Part shown: piece by piece, positions 38,113 to 48,997 of the stretch
How positions within the stretch are numbered: the first letter of the stretch is position 1
Layout of the letters: each line of letters begins with the position of its first letter
Source: Frisingicoccus sp.
GTDB lineage: Bacteria > Bacillota > Clostridia > Lachnospirales > Lachnospiraceae
NCBI RefSeq assembly: GCF_016298055.1
Contig: NZ_JAEDDO010000001.1
Reading direction: 5' to 3' (one strand)
DNA length: 64,000 nucleotides
Notes under the pieces: model-generated
The model's database searches: none
Told to the model about the DNA's origin: nothing
Seen by the model: the letters and a program-made list of their open reading frames with translations, nothing else
Program-made: the position numbers and the translations under genes

Positions 38113-38832
38113 ATGAAAAACTGGTTACTGGGACAGGGAATCCCTTTCTATGCCGAACTTTTATTGGCGGTATCAGGATTAATTGTATTATGGATGACGG
38201 GAAGAATATACAAAAGACTTTTAAGGGAAGCGGATTTGATGGGATCATCGAATCAAAAACTGATAAAATATATACGCTTGAAAGTGGCAAGTTATTTTAA
38301 AATCGGAATGCATCCGGAGGATACACAGGCATTGATTGGAAGATACATAAAGAAGTATCGTGTCGGACCTTTTTCGCTTCAGGCATGGAGCCGGCTGCCT
38401 TATCTTATTATGACAGCCATGCTTGCCGTCGGAGGTGGAAATTTTATGTATCGATGGACCCGGGGAGGGGAATTGGATCGCATATCAAATGTCCTCTTTA
38501 TGGCTGTACTGGGTGTTGTTGTTATCAGCGGGTGTATGTTATTTATGGATTTTGTATCAAAAGAAAAATTTTTGATGTATTCGATTATGGATTATGTAGA
38601 TAATTATTTAAGTAACAAACTTGCTCAGGATTACAAAGATAAGGAAGGGCAGATTCCGCCCGAGCAGTATAAACGTGCGCTTCAGGAAGTTGCGGCTGCA
38701 GGAGGTACGAGAAGAAAAAAACGCAGCAGTCAATACTATTATAACAGTTATCCGGAGAGCGAACCTGACTACCAGAATGATGATGTCGATGCAAAAATCG
38801 TGGAAGATGTATTAAAAGAATTTTTGTGTTAA
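38113..38832 (+). CDS. Hypothetical membrane protein
   Basis: AAGGAG SD; three TM segments; charged C-terminal tail. Confidence 0.65.
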   Translation: MKNWLLGQGIPFYAELLLAVSGLIVLWMTGRIYKRLLREADLMGSSNQKLIKYIRLKVASYFKIGMHPEDTQALIGRYIKKYRVGPFSLQAWSRLPYLIMTAMLAVGGGNFMYRWTRGGELDRISNVLFMAVLGVVVISGCMLFMDFVSKEKFLMYSIMDYVDNYLSNKLAQDYKDKEGQIPPEQYKRALQEVAAAGGTRRKKRSSQYYYNSYPESEPDYQNDDVDAKIVEDVLKEFLC

Positions 38833-38914
38833 AAAAGGTCAAAACATTGATAAAATCCGGCAATTTTGGTATTATGATAGATAAGAATATTAAATACTTA
38901 TGGAGGTAATCAAC

Positions 38915-40264
38915 ATGGAAAAAGGGGTTAGATTTGACTATTCCAAGACAGCTTCATTTATTCGTGAAGATGAAGTGAACATTATGAAAAAACTGGTCGG
39001 AGATGCCAGAGATGTGCTTGTCAGTAAAACCGGAGCGGGGAATGATTTTCTGGGCTGGATAGACCTTCCTGTAGATTATGACAAAGAAGAGTTTGAACGC
39101 ATTAAAAAATCCGCAGAAAAGATTAAGCAGGATTCGGATGTGCTTCTCGTAATAGGTATCGGAGGTTCTTATCTTGGAGCGCGTGCAGCGATTGAGTTCC
39201 TTCAGCATAATTTTTATAATATATTGCCGAAAGATATGCGTAAGACACCGGAGATTTATTTCGTAGGCAATAATCTGAGCAGTTCCTACATCAGCAATCT
39301 GATCGATATTATCGGTGACAGAGATTTTTCAATTAACATGATTTCAAAATCCGGAACGACAACAGAACCGGCAGTCGCATTTCGCGTATTTAAGAAACTG
39401 ATCGAAAACAAATACGGTAAAGAAGAAGCGGCAAAACGTATTTATTGTACAACAGATAAAGCGAAGGGTGCTTTAAAACATCTGGCAGACGAAGAAGGAT
39501 ATGAAACCTTTGTTGTCCCGGATGATGTGGGCGGACGTTTTTCTGTTCTTACAGCCGTAGGTCTTCTTCCGATTGCTGTCAGCGGTGCCGATATTGATCA
39601 GCTCATGGCCGGAGCAGCAAGCGCGAGAACACGCTGTCTTGAGAATGCATTTGAAGATAACGATGCACTTCAGTATGCAGCCATCCGAAATATTCTGCTT
39701 CGCAAAGGAAAGTCGATTGAGATTACATGCAGCTATGAACCGTCACTTTTATATATTGGAGAATGGTGGAAGCAGTTATACGGTGAAAGTGAAGGAAAAG
39801 ATCAGAGAGGTATTTTCCCGGCATCTGTAACACTTACGGCAGACCTCCATTCGATGGGACAGTTTATTCAGGATGGAGCGCGTATTATGTTTGAGACTGT
39901 TCTGGATGTGGAGAAATCAAAACATGAGATATTGATTGAAGAAGAACCGGTAGATCTGGACGGATTAAATTATCTTGCGGGAAAGAATGTAGATTTTATT
40001 AATAAGAGTGCGATGAATGGTACAATTCTTGCACATACCGATGGTAATGTACCGAATCTTATGGTGCATATTCCTGAACAGAATGAGTTTTATCTGGGTG
40101 AATTATTCTATTTCTATGAATTTGCCTGTGGTGTAAGTGGATATGTTCTCGGAGTGAATCCATTTAATCAGCCAGGGGTTGAAAGTTATAAGAAAAATAT
40201 GTTTGCTCTTCTTGGAAAACCGGGATATGAGGATCTTACGGAAGCGTTGCTGAAACGTCTGTAA
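38915..40264 (+). CDS. pgi: Glucose-6-phosphate isomerase
   Basis: [42 protein letters not shown]. Confidence 0.97.
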   Translation: MEKGVRFDYSKTASFIREDEVNIMKKLVGDARDVLVSKTGAGNDFLGWIDLPVDYDKEEFERIKKSAEKIKQDSDVLLVIGIGGSYLGARAAIEFLQHNFYNILPKDMRKTPEIYFVGNNLSSSYISNLIDIIGDRDFSINMISKSGTTTEPAVAFRVFKKLIENKYGKEEAAKRIYCTTDKAKGALKHLADEEGYETFVVPDDVGGRFSVLTAVGLLPIAVSGADIDQLMAGAASARTRCLENAFEDNDALQYAAIRNILLRKGKSIEITCSYEPSLLYIGEWWKQLYGESEGKDQRGIFPASVTLTADLHSMGQFIQDGARIMFETVLDVEKSKHEILIEEEPVDLDGLNYLAGKNVDFINKSAMNGTILAHTDGNVPNLMVHIPEQNEFYLGELFYFYEFACGVSGYVLGVNPFNQPGVESYKKNMFALLGKPGYEDLTEALLKRL

Positions 40265-40282
40265 GATGGATAAAATATGTGG

Positions 40283-40320
40283 GATAAGCTTCGTTCGGAT
40301 TTATTCGAACGAAGCTTATC
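40283..40320 (+). terminator. Long hairpin after pgi
   Basis: GATAAGCTTCGTTCG-8nt-CGAACGAAGCTTATC, 15-bp perfect inverted repeat, weak T tail. Confidence 0.65.
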
Positions 40321-40425
40321 TGGTTTCTGAACGGCAAATATTTCCAATGTCCTCAAAAAAATACGAAGGATTTGTCTGAGATGTGCTAAAATACGCTTAG
40401 GTTATTTAAAAGGAGAAATATCACT

Positions 40426-42138
40426 ATGGAATTAAAGAGACAAAAGGAAGTCTATGTGATTGGACATAAGAATCCGGATTCAGATTCTATTTGTTCAGCG
40501 ATTGCCTACGCCTCGCTTAAAAATGAGATTCTTGATCGGGTAAAAAAAGGCGATTCTGAGGGATTGTACCAGAATTTGTTTGTTGAAGGTGGTAATGTGG
40601 TCTATGTTCCGGCACGTGCGGGGCAGGTGAACACAGAGACAGAATATGTTTTAAAAACATTTAATCAGAAAACGCCGGTACTTATGAATGCCATCCGTAC
40701 TCAGGTTGGTGACATTAATATCCGGCATATTAAGGGAATACCTGCAAATTATTCATTGAAAAAAGCATGGGAGACAATGAGAGAGTCGGATACATCGACT
40801 CTGGCAGTTGTGGACAAGGAAGGATTTCTTCAGGGACTGATCACAATGTCAGATATTGCAGCCGCTTATATGTCTGTTTTGGATAATGAGATATTGGGAG
40901 AGGCCTGTACGCCGATTGCCAACATACTGGAGACATTAAAAGGTGAGTTGATTGTCGGGGATTCGGGCAAGTGCCTGACAAAAGGAAAACTTGTTGTTTC
41001 CACGGCAACTCTCAGCGTTATTGATAAATTTATAAAAGAAGACGATCTGGTCATTTTGGGAAATCGTTACGAAGCTCAGTTGAGTGCAATTGAAAATAAA
41101 GCATCCTGTATTATTATATGCGATGGAGCAAGAGCTTCAAGAACGATCTGTAAACTGGCTGAAGAGAATGGATGTTCCGTCATTTGTACACCATATGATA
41201 CATATGCAGTGACACGTTCGATTAACCAGAGTATCCCTGTCAGCTATTTTATGATCAAAGAGGGTATTATTGAATTCAATGAGAGTGATTATGTGGCAGA
41301 TATTAAACCGGTTATGATGAGTAAACGTCACCGGGATTTCCCTATTGTGGATGTCAACGGACGGTACGTGGGAATGATTTCCAGACGTACACTCATTGAT
41401 ATGGATGCAAAGAAGGTCGTTCTGGTCGATCATAACGAGGTCGAACAGGCAGCGGAAGGTGTCGATGAAGCAGAAGTTGTGGAGATTGTTGATCATCATA
41501 AATTAGGAACAGTCGAGACGATTCGTCCGGTTAATGTAAGAAATGAGCCGGTTGGATGTACGGCCACAATTGTTTATGAGATGTATATGGAAAATCAGAT
41601 TCCGGTTTCAAAAGATATTGCAGGAATTTTATGTTCTGCAATTATTTCAGATACCTTAATGTTCCGTTCACCGACATGTACAGCTATGGATCAGATGGTT
41701 GCTGAACAATTGGCTGAGATAGCAGGTGTTGATATCGAAAGCCATGCAATGCGCATGTTTGAGGAAGGAAGCCAGCTTAAGAAAAAGACAGATTCTGAGA
41801 TATTTTTCCAGGATTATAAAAAATTTACAGCAGCAGATGTAAATTATGGTGTCGGACAGATCACATCGATGAATCGTAATGAACTGTTAAGTGTTCAGGA
41901 ACGTTTGCTGGCCTATATGGAATCAACTCTGGAAGATATGGAAACAGATATGATCTTCTTTATGCTGACGGATATTTTAAAAGAATCTACCCGGCTTTTA
42001 TTTGTAGGTAAGGATGCGAAGATGGTTGTTGAAAACAGTTTTCATCTGGAAGCGGAAGAAAATTATATTGACTTAGAAGGTGTGGTATCCAGAAAGAAAC
42101 AATTGATACCAAAATTAACAGCCGGATTACAAGGGTAG
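40426..42138 (+). CDS. ppaC: Mn-dependent family II inorganic pyrophosphatase with CBS-DRTGG insert (paralog 1)
   Basis: GHKNPDSDS, LVDHNE, DHH, SDT, SRKKQ; CBS pair and DRTGG. Confidence 0.92.
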   Translation: MELKRQKEVYVIGHKNPDSDSICSAIAYASLKNEILDRVKKGDSEGLYQNLFVEGGNVVYVPARAGQVNTETEYVLKTFNQKTPVLMNAIRTQVGDINIRHIKGIPANYSLKKAWETMRESDTSTLAVVDKEGFLQGLITMSDIAAAYMSVLDNEILGEACTPIANILETLKGELIVGDSGKCLTKGKLVVSTATLSVIDKFIKEDDLVILGNRYEAQLSAIENKASCIIICDGARASRTICKLAEENGCSVICTPYDTYAVTRSINQSIPVSYFMIKEGIIEFNESDYVADIKPVMMSKRHRDFPIVDVNGRYVGMISRRTLIDMDAKKVVLVDHNEVEQAAEGVDEAEVVEIVDHHKLGTVETIRPVNVRNEPVGCTATIVYEMYMENQIPVSKDIAGILCSAIISDTLMFRSPTCTAMDQMVAEQLAEIAGVDIESHAMRMFEEGSQLKKKTDSEIFFQDYKKFTAADVNYGVGQITSMNRNELLSVQERLLAYMESTLEDMETDMIFFMLTDILKESTRLLFVGKDAKMVVENSFHLEAEENYIDLEGVVSRKKQLIPKLTAGLQG

Positions 42139-42153
42139 TAGGAGGATGCAGAG

Positions 42154-43800
42154 ATGAAAAAGGCAAAAATTTACGTCATTGGACATAAACATCCGGATAC
42201 GGATTCTATTTGCTCCGCAATTGCATATGCCTACCTGCGGAAGAAAGTGACAGGCGTCAACTATGTGCCTGTACGTGCGGGAGAGATTAATTCAGAGACC
42301 GCGTTTGTTTTAGAACGTTTTCATACAGAAGTGCCAATGTATATGGATGATGTGCGGACCCAGGTAAGAGATGTTCAGATATCTCCTTACCACAGCGGCC
42401 ATCCGGATATGTCTATTCGGGAAGCATGGCAGCATCTTCAGAAAGAAAAAATTTCTACATTGACGATTGTAGATGATAACAAAAAACTTTTGGGTCTTAT
42501 TACAAAGGGCGATATTGCCAAAACTTATATGGGCGTTTATGACAGCAGAGTCTTATCACAAAATCGGACCCCGTATAAAAATATTGTGGATACTCTTGAT
42601 GGAGAAATTCTTGTTGGGGACCCGGATGGTGTTGTTGAAAAAGGCAAGATTTTGATTGCAGCGGCGAATCCGGATTTAATGGAAGAATATATTGAAGATG
42701 GCGATATGGTTATGTTGGGAGACCGATATGAGTCACAGCTGTGTGCAATTGAGATGAATGCCGGATGTCTGATTATCAGTATGAATACTCAGCCAAACGA
42801 TACGATACTTAAACTTGCAAAAGAGCATAATTGTACGATTATTCGCACACCGTATGACACATTTATTGCAGCACGTCTGATCAATCAGAGTATGGCGATC
42901 AGCCATTTTATGGTTGAAAACATGAAAACTTTCAAGAGAGAGGATTTCATTGAAGATGTTAAAGACGTTATGGCAAAAAATCGTCACAGAGCTTTCCCGG
43001 TTGTAGACAATCAGGGAAAAGTACTCGGTATGTTTACGCGTCATGATCTTATTGATATGGATAAGAAGAAAGTGGCCCTTGTGGATCACAACGAGTCCGG
43101 CCAGGCGGTGGACGGTCTGTTTGACTGTGAGATCATGGAAATTGTGGATCATCATAAGCTGGGTTATGTTCAGAGTATTAAACCGGTATATTTCAGATGT
43201 CAGCCGGTAGGGTGTACTTCGACAATCGTATATCAGATGTATAAAGAAAATAAAGTTGAGATTCCGCCGGATATGGCCGGACTCATGTGTTCGGCAATTT
43301 TATCAGACACGTTGATGTATCGTTCTCCGACATGTACTCCGCTGGATAAGCTGGCTGCTGAAGCTTTAGCTAAAATAGCGGGCGTGGAAGTAGAAGATTA
43401 TGCAATGCAGATGTTTGAGGCAGGAAGCGATCTGAAGAGTAAATCCGATACAGATCTGTTTTATCAGGATTTCAAAAAATTCTCTGCAGGAGATACACAG
43501 TTTGGTGTTGGACAGATTACTTCTCTGGATGCAAGAGCACTTAAAACGATTCGGGAACGTCTGAAAAATATGCTGGACAAGGCAAAAGAAGAGCATGGTT
43601 TGGATATGATCTTCTTTATGCTTACAAATATTCTGGATGAGTCATCATGGGTACTTTGTTCAGATGTTGAGGCCTTTGAGGTGGCTTGTAAGAGCTTCGG
43701 TTCAAATGTGACGAAGGACGGAGACAGTGTATTTGTGGATCATATGGTATCCAGAAAGAAACAGTTTATTCCAAAGATGGTTGGAACATTACAGGAGTAG
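42154..43800 (+). CDS. ppaC: Mn-dependent family II inorganic pyrophosphatase with CBS-DRTGG insert (paralog 2)
   Basis: GHKHPDTDS, LVDHNE, DHH, SDT, SRKKQ; CBS pair and DRTGG. Confidence 0.92.
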   Translation: MKKAKIYVIGHKHPDTDSICSAIAYAYLRKKVTGVNYVPVRAGEINSETAFVLERFHTEVPMYMDDVRTQVRDVQISPYHSGHPDMSIREAWQHLQKEKISTLTIVDDNKKLLGLITKGDIAKTYMGVYDSRVLSQNRTPYKNIVDTLDGEILVGDPDGVVEKGKILIAAANPDLMEEYIEDGDMVMLGDRYESQLCAIEMNAGCLIISMNTQPNDTILKLAKEHNCTIIRTPYDTFIAARLINQSMAISHFMVENMKTFKREDFIEDVKDVMAKNRHRAFPVVDNQGKVLGMFTRHDLIDMDKKKVALVDHNESGQAVDGLFDCEIMEIVDHHKLGYVQSIKPVYFRCQPVGCTSTIVYQMYKENKVEIPPDMAGLMCSAILSDTLMYRSPTCTPLDKLAAEALAKIAGVEVEDYAMQMFEAGSDLKSKSDTDLFYQDFKKFSAGDTQFGVGQITSLDARALKTIRERLKNMLDKAKEEHGLDMIFFMLTNILDESSWVLCSDVEAFEVACKSFGSNVTKDGDSVFVDHMVSRKKQFIPKMVGTLQE

Positions 43801-43811
43801 AGGAGAAACGC

Positions 43812-44402
43812 ATGTCAAAGCAGAAATGGAAGCCGGGAAATATGTTATATCCTCTGCCGGCAGTTCTTGTCAGTTGTGGTGACAGAGAAGGAAAGATAAA
43901 TTTAATGACAGCAGCCTGGACAGGTACGGTATGTTCGGATCCGCCGATGGTTTATGTATCTGTACGTAAAGAGCGTTTTTCACATCATATGATTCAGGAG
44001 ACCGGAGAATATGTGATCAATCTGACAACCGAGGAGCTTGCCAGAGCAACAGATTTTTGCGGTGTCCGTTCCGGAAAAGATATGGATAAATTCAAAGAGA
44101 TGCATCTGACGCCGGCTTTCGGAGAGCTGCAGTATGCACCGATGATCGTTGAAAGTCCTGTTTCCATAGAATGCCGGGTAAAAAATGTGATGGAACTTGG
44201 AAGTCATGATATGTTTGTGGCAGAAGTAACAGCTGTTTATGTCGATGAGCGTTATATGGATGAAAAGGGAACATTTCATCTTGAAAAGTCACACCCGCTT
44301 GTCTATTCCCATGGACAGTACTATGGTGTTGGAAAACATCTGGGCAGTTTTGGTTATGCTGTGAGAAAGAAGAATGTAAAGAAAAATAAAAACAGAAAAT
44401 AA
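43812..44402 (+). CDS. Flavin reductase-like (flavoredoxin) protein
   Basis: LYPLPAVLV, DFCGVRSG, ESPVSIEC, LGSHDMF. Confidence 0.9.
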   Translation: MSKQKWKPGNMLYPLPAVLVSCGDREGKINLMTAAWTGTVCSDPPMVYVSVRKERFSHHMIQETGEYVINLTTEELARATDFCGVRSGKDMDKFKEMHLTPAFGELQYAPMIVESPVSIECRVKNVMELGSHDMFVAEVTAVYVDERYMDEKGTFHLEKSHPLVYSHGQYYGVGKHLGSFGYAVRKKNVKKNKNRK

Positions 44403-44408
44403 CAGGAT

Positions 44409-44448
44409 AAAAAATGGGATGCATTTAAAAATATGCATCTCATTTTTT
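44409..44448. terminator. Bidirectional terminator
   Basis: AAAAAATGGGATGCAT...ATGCATCTCATTTTTT between convergent genes. Confidence 0.75.
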
Positions 44449-45627
44449 GTCCAGAAAGCTTCCGCGGACAATGGCATCATGTCCGTATTTTTGTCGGATG
44501 CGATCAAGAGCCTGATCCAGTTTTTCCAGTTTTTCATTCTGAGATGTATCAAAAAGATTCATTTGAAGAGAACTGGCATCGGTTAATTTGGATGTACGTA
44601 CACCGAGCAGGCGTATAGGTTTTTGATTCCATAATTCATCAAACAATTTACAGGCACATTGATACAATATGTGTGCGTTCTGACTCGGTGTCAACAGGGT
44701 TGTCTGATGTGATACAGATGAAAAATCATGGTACTTAATTTCGACACTGATCATTCCGGCATATTGATTGCTTTTTCTGAGCCGTTGGGATACAGAGTCA
44801 CATAATGACAGCAGAACTTTTCTGGCAGCAGCAGATTCGTTGATATCGGAAGACAAAGTTGTCGAATTACCAATGCCTTTCGATATATGGCGTCTGGCAT
44901 CAATCGGTGTATATTCCAGACCATTGGCATATTCCCAGATTGTTTGTCCGTGACTCTTCAAGTGAGATGTAAGAATTACAGGGTCGGTGTGAGCCAGGTC
45001 GCCGATTGTTTTTATCCCGAGAAGTTCCAGTGTATGTGCGGAAGAGCGACCGACCATAAAAAGATCTTTTACAGGCAGCGGCCACATTTTTTGGGGGATT
45101 TCTTCAGGAAATAGTGTATGTACCCGGTCAGGCTTTTGAAAATCCGAAGCCATTTTTGCCAGAAGACAGTTGGTAGAAATTCCTATATTTACAGTAAATC
45201 CAAGGCTGTTCCGGATGTCTTGCCGGATTTGATCGGCGGCTTTTAATGGTGTTTCGCCACCATTTTTAAAAGGAATATAGGTTATAAAACATTCATCAAT
45301 ACTGTATGGGCGAATATCAGGAGAATAATTTTCCAGCAGGTGGAGCATCTGGGTACTGCACTTCTGATAATAGGCGTGATCCGGCTGAAAGATTTTCAGA
45401 GTAGGGCATTTTTTTAATGCGTCCGTGACAGGTTCACCGGTACGAATCTGAAAATGTTTTGCCGGAATAGATTTGGCCAGTACGACACCCCGGCGTTTGG
45501 ATACATCACCGCCAATGATCGACGGAATGGTTCGTATGTCCAGAGAACTGCCCTCGGAAAGGAGGCGGACAGCTGTCCAGCTCAAATATGCAGAATTGAC
45601 ATCAATATGAAAAATAACAGATTTTAT
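44440..45627 (-). CDS. dinB: DNA polymerase IV (Y family); probable ATA start
   Basis: FHIDVNSAY, YSIDEC, LAKMASD..KP, GIGNSTT, IRLLGV; GGAGG SD 8 nt before ATA 45627. Confidence 0.9.
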   Translation of the reverse strand: MKSVIFHIDVNSAYLSWTAVRLLSEGSSLDIRTIPSIIGGDVSKRRGVVLAKSIPAKHFQIRTGEPVTDALKKCPTLKIFQPDHAYYQKCSTQMLHLLENYSPDIRPYSIDECFITYIPFKNGGETPLKAADQIRQDIRNSLGFTVNIGISTNCLLAKMASDFQKPDRVHTLFPEEIPQKMWPLPVKDLFMVGRSSAHTLELLGIKTIGDLAHTDPVILTSHLKSHGQTIWEYANGLEYTPIDARRHISKGIGNSTTLSSDINESAAARKVLLSLCDSVSQRLRKSNQYAGMISVEIKYHDFSSVSHQTTLLTPSQNAHILYQCACKLFDELWNQKPIRLLGVRTSKLTDASSLQMNLFDTSQNEKLEKLDQALDRIRQKYGHDAIVRGSFLDKK

Positions 45628-45646
45628 AAAAATCGCCTCCCCCTTT

Positions 45647-45675
45647 ATTATAATCAAAGGTATGATAGAGGTCAA
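45647..45675 (-). promoter_or_regulatory. Sigma-A promoter for dinB
   Basis: Minus strand TTGACC-17nt-TATAAT. Confidence 0.6.
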
Positions 45676-45760
45676 TGAAGGATTGGCTTCAGATGAAAGG
45701 GTTGAGAATTCGGGAAAGAAATGATAAAATAACTGAACATAGACAAAAAGGAGGTTGCAT

Positions 45761-46261
45761 ATGAAAGATAATATTATTTTGATTGGAATGCCCGGAGCGG
45801 GAAAGAGTACAGTAGGTGTTGTTCTGGCAAAGGCACTTGGCTATAATTTTGTTGATTCAGATCTTGTAATACAGAAAGAAACCGGAAAGAGATTGTTTGA
45901 GATTATTGATGAGGTCGGTATTGATGAGTTTTTAAATATTGAGAATCGTATTAATGCGGCACTCTCTGTAGAAAAGTCTGTTGTTGCAACGGGCGGAAGC
46001 GTTATTTACGGAGAAGAGGCTATGGAACATTTGAAATCTATAGGAAAAGTTATTTATTTAAAAACAGACTATGAATCTCTGGAAATGCGTTTGGGAAATC
46101 TTTTAAAGCGGGGTGTTGCGATTCGCTCCGGGAATACATTGCTTGATCTTTACAATGAAAGAGTTCCTTTGTACGAAATGTATGCAGACATTACTATAGA
46201 TACAAAGAATAAAGGGATTCGTGAAGTTGTTGAGGACATAAGTAAGACAATGAGGGAGTAA
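45761..46261 (+). CDS. aroK: Shikimate kinase
   Basis: LIGMPGAGKSTVG, DSD, VATGGS, ER.PLY. Confidence 0.93.
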   Translation: MKDNIILIGMPGAGKSTVGVVLAKALGYNFVDSDLVIQKETGKRLFEIIDEVGIDEFLNIENRINAALSVEKSVVATGGSVIYGEEAMEHLKSIGKVIYLKTDYESLEMRLGNLLKRGVAIRSGNTLLDLYNERVPLYEMYADITIDTKNKGIREVVEDISKTMRE

Positions 46262-46274
46262 TAGAGTATAGAAA

Positions 46275-48884
46275 ATGAGCAGAAAAATAAAAAGTTGGGT
46301 AAGCAGAAATGCTTTTCATATTTTGGCCTTTCTTATTCCATTTTTTGTAGTCGTGGTGGCTTTCATTTGTCAGGGGATGTGGCCATTTGGAGACAGAGGT
46401 ATAGCTATTATTGATTCTTATCACCAATATGTTCCTTTTTTATCGGAATTACAATATAAATGGCGTCATTTTGACAGTTTATTCTATAGTTGGAACGGCG
46501 GACTCGGAATGAATTTTTGGGCAGTTATTGCCTATTATCTGGCCAGTCCTTTGAATCTTTTGCTTTTAGTTTTTCCTAAAAGTATGGTGATGGAATGTTT
46601 TTCTCTTATTGTGTTTATTAAGATCGGTTTGAGCGGCTTAAGTTTTTCATATTTCCTGAAAAAAAGATTTCATCATGAAGGTATTGAACTTACCGTTTTT
46701 GGATGCTGTTATGCATTAAGCAGTTTTTCAATCGGTTACAGCTGGAATATTATGTGGCTGGACTGTATTGTACTGTTCCCATTGGTTATGCTCGGAATCT
46801 ACAGGCTGTGCAGGAACGGTCGGGGATGGCTGTATGGTATTTCGCTTGCATTGTGTATTTTTATTAATTACTATATAGCTTTTATGATCTGCATTTTTTC
46901 ATGCATTGATTTTTTGATGGAGATTGTCTGTGTGAGACATGTTTCGATGAAAAAAAAGATATGCAGAAGTTTTAAGTTTGCAGGGTATTCGCTGATTGCC
47001 GGCGGCTTTGGGGCTGTCATGCTGATTCCGACGGCTTCGGCACTCATGGCAAGTCAGTCGGCAAAAAGTTCTTTTCCTTCCAGTATAAAATTTTATCGTG
47101 ATTTTTTTGAACTTTTGTGTCAGCATTTTACAGCGATTGAGCCGACGGACTTGTCCGGAAATTTTAATTTGTATTGCGGTGTGGCTGTACTTTTGCTTAT
47201 ACCCGTTTATCTGGCAAATAAAAGAATCCGGATACAAGATAAGATATTTCATATTGCTGTTGCGGCTTTTCTTCTGATAAGTCTGAATACAAATTATCTG
47301 ACCTATATATGGCATGGATTTCATTTCCCAAATGATTTGCCGGGAAGATATTCGTTTATTTATATTTTTATGCTCTTAACTATGGCATACGAGGGATTTA
47401 GAGGACTAAACAGGTGTCCGCGGTGGCTTCCTGCCGTTTCCGCTGAAATATGGATGTTAGTTTTGGCTGGATGCTGGTGGTTTGATCTGGTAGATCTTGA
47501 AAGTTATACATGGGTCATTAACTGTGTGGCTGTGTGGATCTATGGTCTGCTTTTGACATGTGTGCTGCTGTGGAAAAATAAAAAAAGAAAGCTTAAGGTT
47601 TTATTATTAGGTATTATGCTTGTTGAAGCCTGTGGTTATGGAATTTTCGGGCTTTGTCATAATGGCACGGTTGACAGAAAGGATTACTATAGCGATCAAA
47701 AGGCTGTCTGGACTTTAAAATCCGAAATAGAAGAGCGTGAGGCAGATAATTTTTATCGTGTTGAACTGGAGGAACGCCGTGGCAGAGACGATGTGACATG
47801 GCATAATATCCCGGGTATGTCTCTTTTTTCTTCAACAGTGAATGCGGGTGTGGATCATCTGGCAAAACGTTTGGGATTTTTTGCAGTGACGAATAAATAT
47901 AGTTACCAGGGAGCGACGCCGGAGACAGATGCATTTTTCAATATTAAATATTTGATGAGTAATCAAAAATCGGATACAGTGCGTACATTTGAATGGATGA
48001 GTGAGGCAGACGGAAAAAATCTGTATATTAATCACTGTGCGCTTGGCTTGGGATTTATGGTTTCGGATAATATACTTAACTGGGATTATGAAAAGACAAA
48101 TCCTTTTGATGTTATTAATCAGATGGTTATGGCATCAACAGACTCAGAAGAGAAACCTTTCAGATATTTTGGAATTCCGGATCCTTCCGCTGAAGGATGT
48201 GACTTAACAACAGATACATGGGCAGACTGGTCTTATACATCAACAGACAACGGTGAGGGGGAAATAACCTATACATACGTGTCTGATAAGGAACAGGATT
48301 TTTATTTCTATTTTAAGGCAGCTCACTGTGTATCTGTAAGGGTTGCCTATTTGGAAAATAAAAAAACTTATTCCGACGAGGACGGACATATTGTTCATGT
48401 GGGGCAGTTGTCTGAAGGAGATGAAGTGACACTGACATTTAAACTGGATAAGGACTATAGCAGTGGCACGATTAAACTTATTGCGGCAGAACATTCGATG
48501 GACACTTTTTATAATATCTTTAATACATTGAGTGAACAGAAGTGGGATATCGATAGAGCGACATCGACAAAACTTCATGGAAGTGTTGATGTGCAGAAAG
48601 CGGGCATGCTGTTTACATCCATTCCTTATGATGAAGGCTGGCATATTCGGGTCGACGGACAGGATACAGAACCTGAGAAGATTGGTGATGCATTTATCGG
48701 AATTTCTCTTTCTGGGGGAACCCATGAGATCGAAATGTCCTATTGTCCAAAGGGGTTTAAGTCTGGATTGTGCATAACAGTTGTATGCGGAATACTGCTT
48801 ATTCTCACTGGTTTTATTGAAAAAAAGCGGTGTCAAGATGTTTATAACAGGAAAAAGTATAAAATATCAGGCACAGAAGTTTAA
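46275..48884 (+). CDS. YfhO-family multi-TM protein (GT-C type cell-wall polymer glycosylation)
   Basis: DSYHQY.PF, YYLASP, NIMWLD, WHGFHFPN, TSIPYDEGW. Confidence 0.88.
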   Translation: MSRKIKSWVSRNAFHILAFLIPFFVVVVAFICQGMWPFGDRGIAIIDSYHQYVPFLSELQYKWRHFDSLFYSWNGGLGMNFWAVIAYYLASPLNLLLLVFPKSMVMECFSLIVFIKIGLSGLSFSYFLKKRFHHEGIELTVFGCCYALSSFSIGYSWNIMWLDCIVLFPLVMLGIYRLCRNGRGWLYGISLALCIFINYYIAFMICIFSCIDFLMEIVCVRHVSMKKKICRSFKFAGYSLIAGGFGAVMLIPTASALMASQSAKSSFPSSIKFYRDFFELLCQHFTAIEPTDLSGNFNLYCGVAVLLLIPVYLANKRIRIQDKIFHIAVAAFLLISLNTNYLTYIWHGFHFPNDLPGRYSFIYIFMLLTMAYEGFRGLNRCPRWLPAVSAEIWMLVLAGCWWFDLVDLESYTWVINCVAVWIYGLLLTCVLLWKNKKRKLKVLLLGIMLVEACGYGIFGLCHNGTVDRKDYYSDQKAVWTLKSEIEEREADNFYRVELEERRGRDDVTWHNIPGMSLFSSTVNAGVDHLAKRLGFFAVTNKYSYQGATPETDAFFNIKYLMSNQKSDTVRTFEWMSEADGKNLYINHCALGLGFMVSDNILNWDYEKTNPFDVINQMVMASTDSEEKPFRYFGIPDPSAEGCDLTTDTWADWSYTSTDNGEGEITYTYVSDKEQDFYFYFKAAHCVSVRVAYLENKKTYSDEDGHIVHVGQLSEGDEVTLTFKLDKDYSSGTIKLIAAEHSMDTFYNIFNTLSEQKWDIDRATSTKLHGSVDVQKAGMLFTSIPYDEGWHIRVDGQDTEPEKIGDAFIGISLSGGTHEIEMSYCPKGFKSGLCITVVCGILLILTGFIEKKRCQDVYNRKKYKISGTEV

Positions 48885-48997
48885 AATAGTTGTAAAAAAC
48901 AGAGGTAATTTTTACAAAATTATAAAATGCAATTTACAAATTTCTGGATTATGCTATAATAATGGGGACTATAGCAATAAGTTTGTTGAGGTGTACC

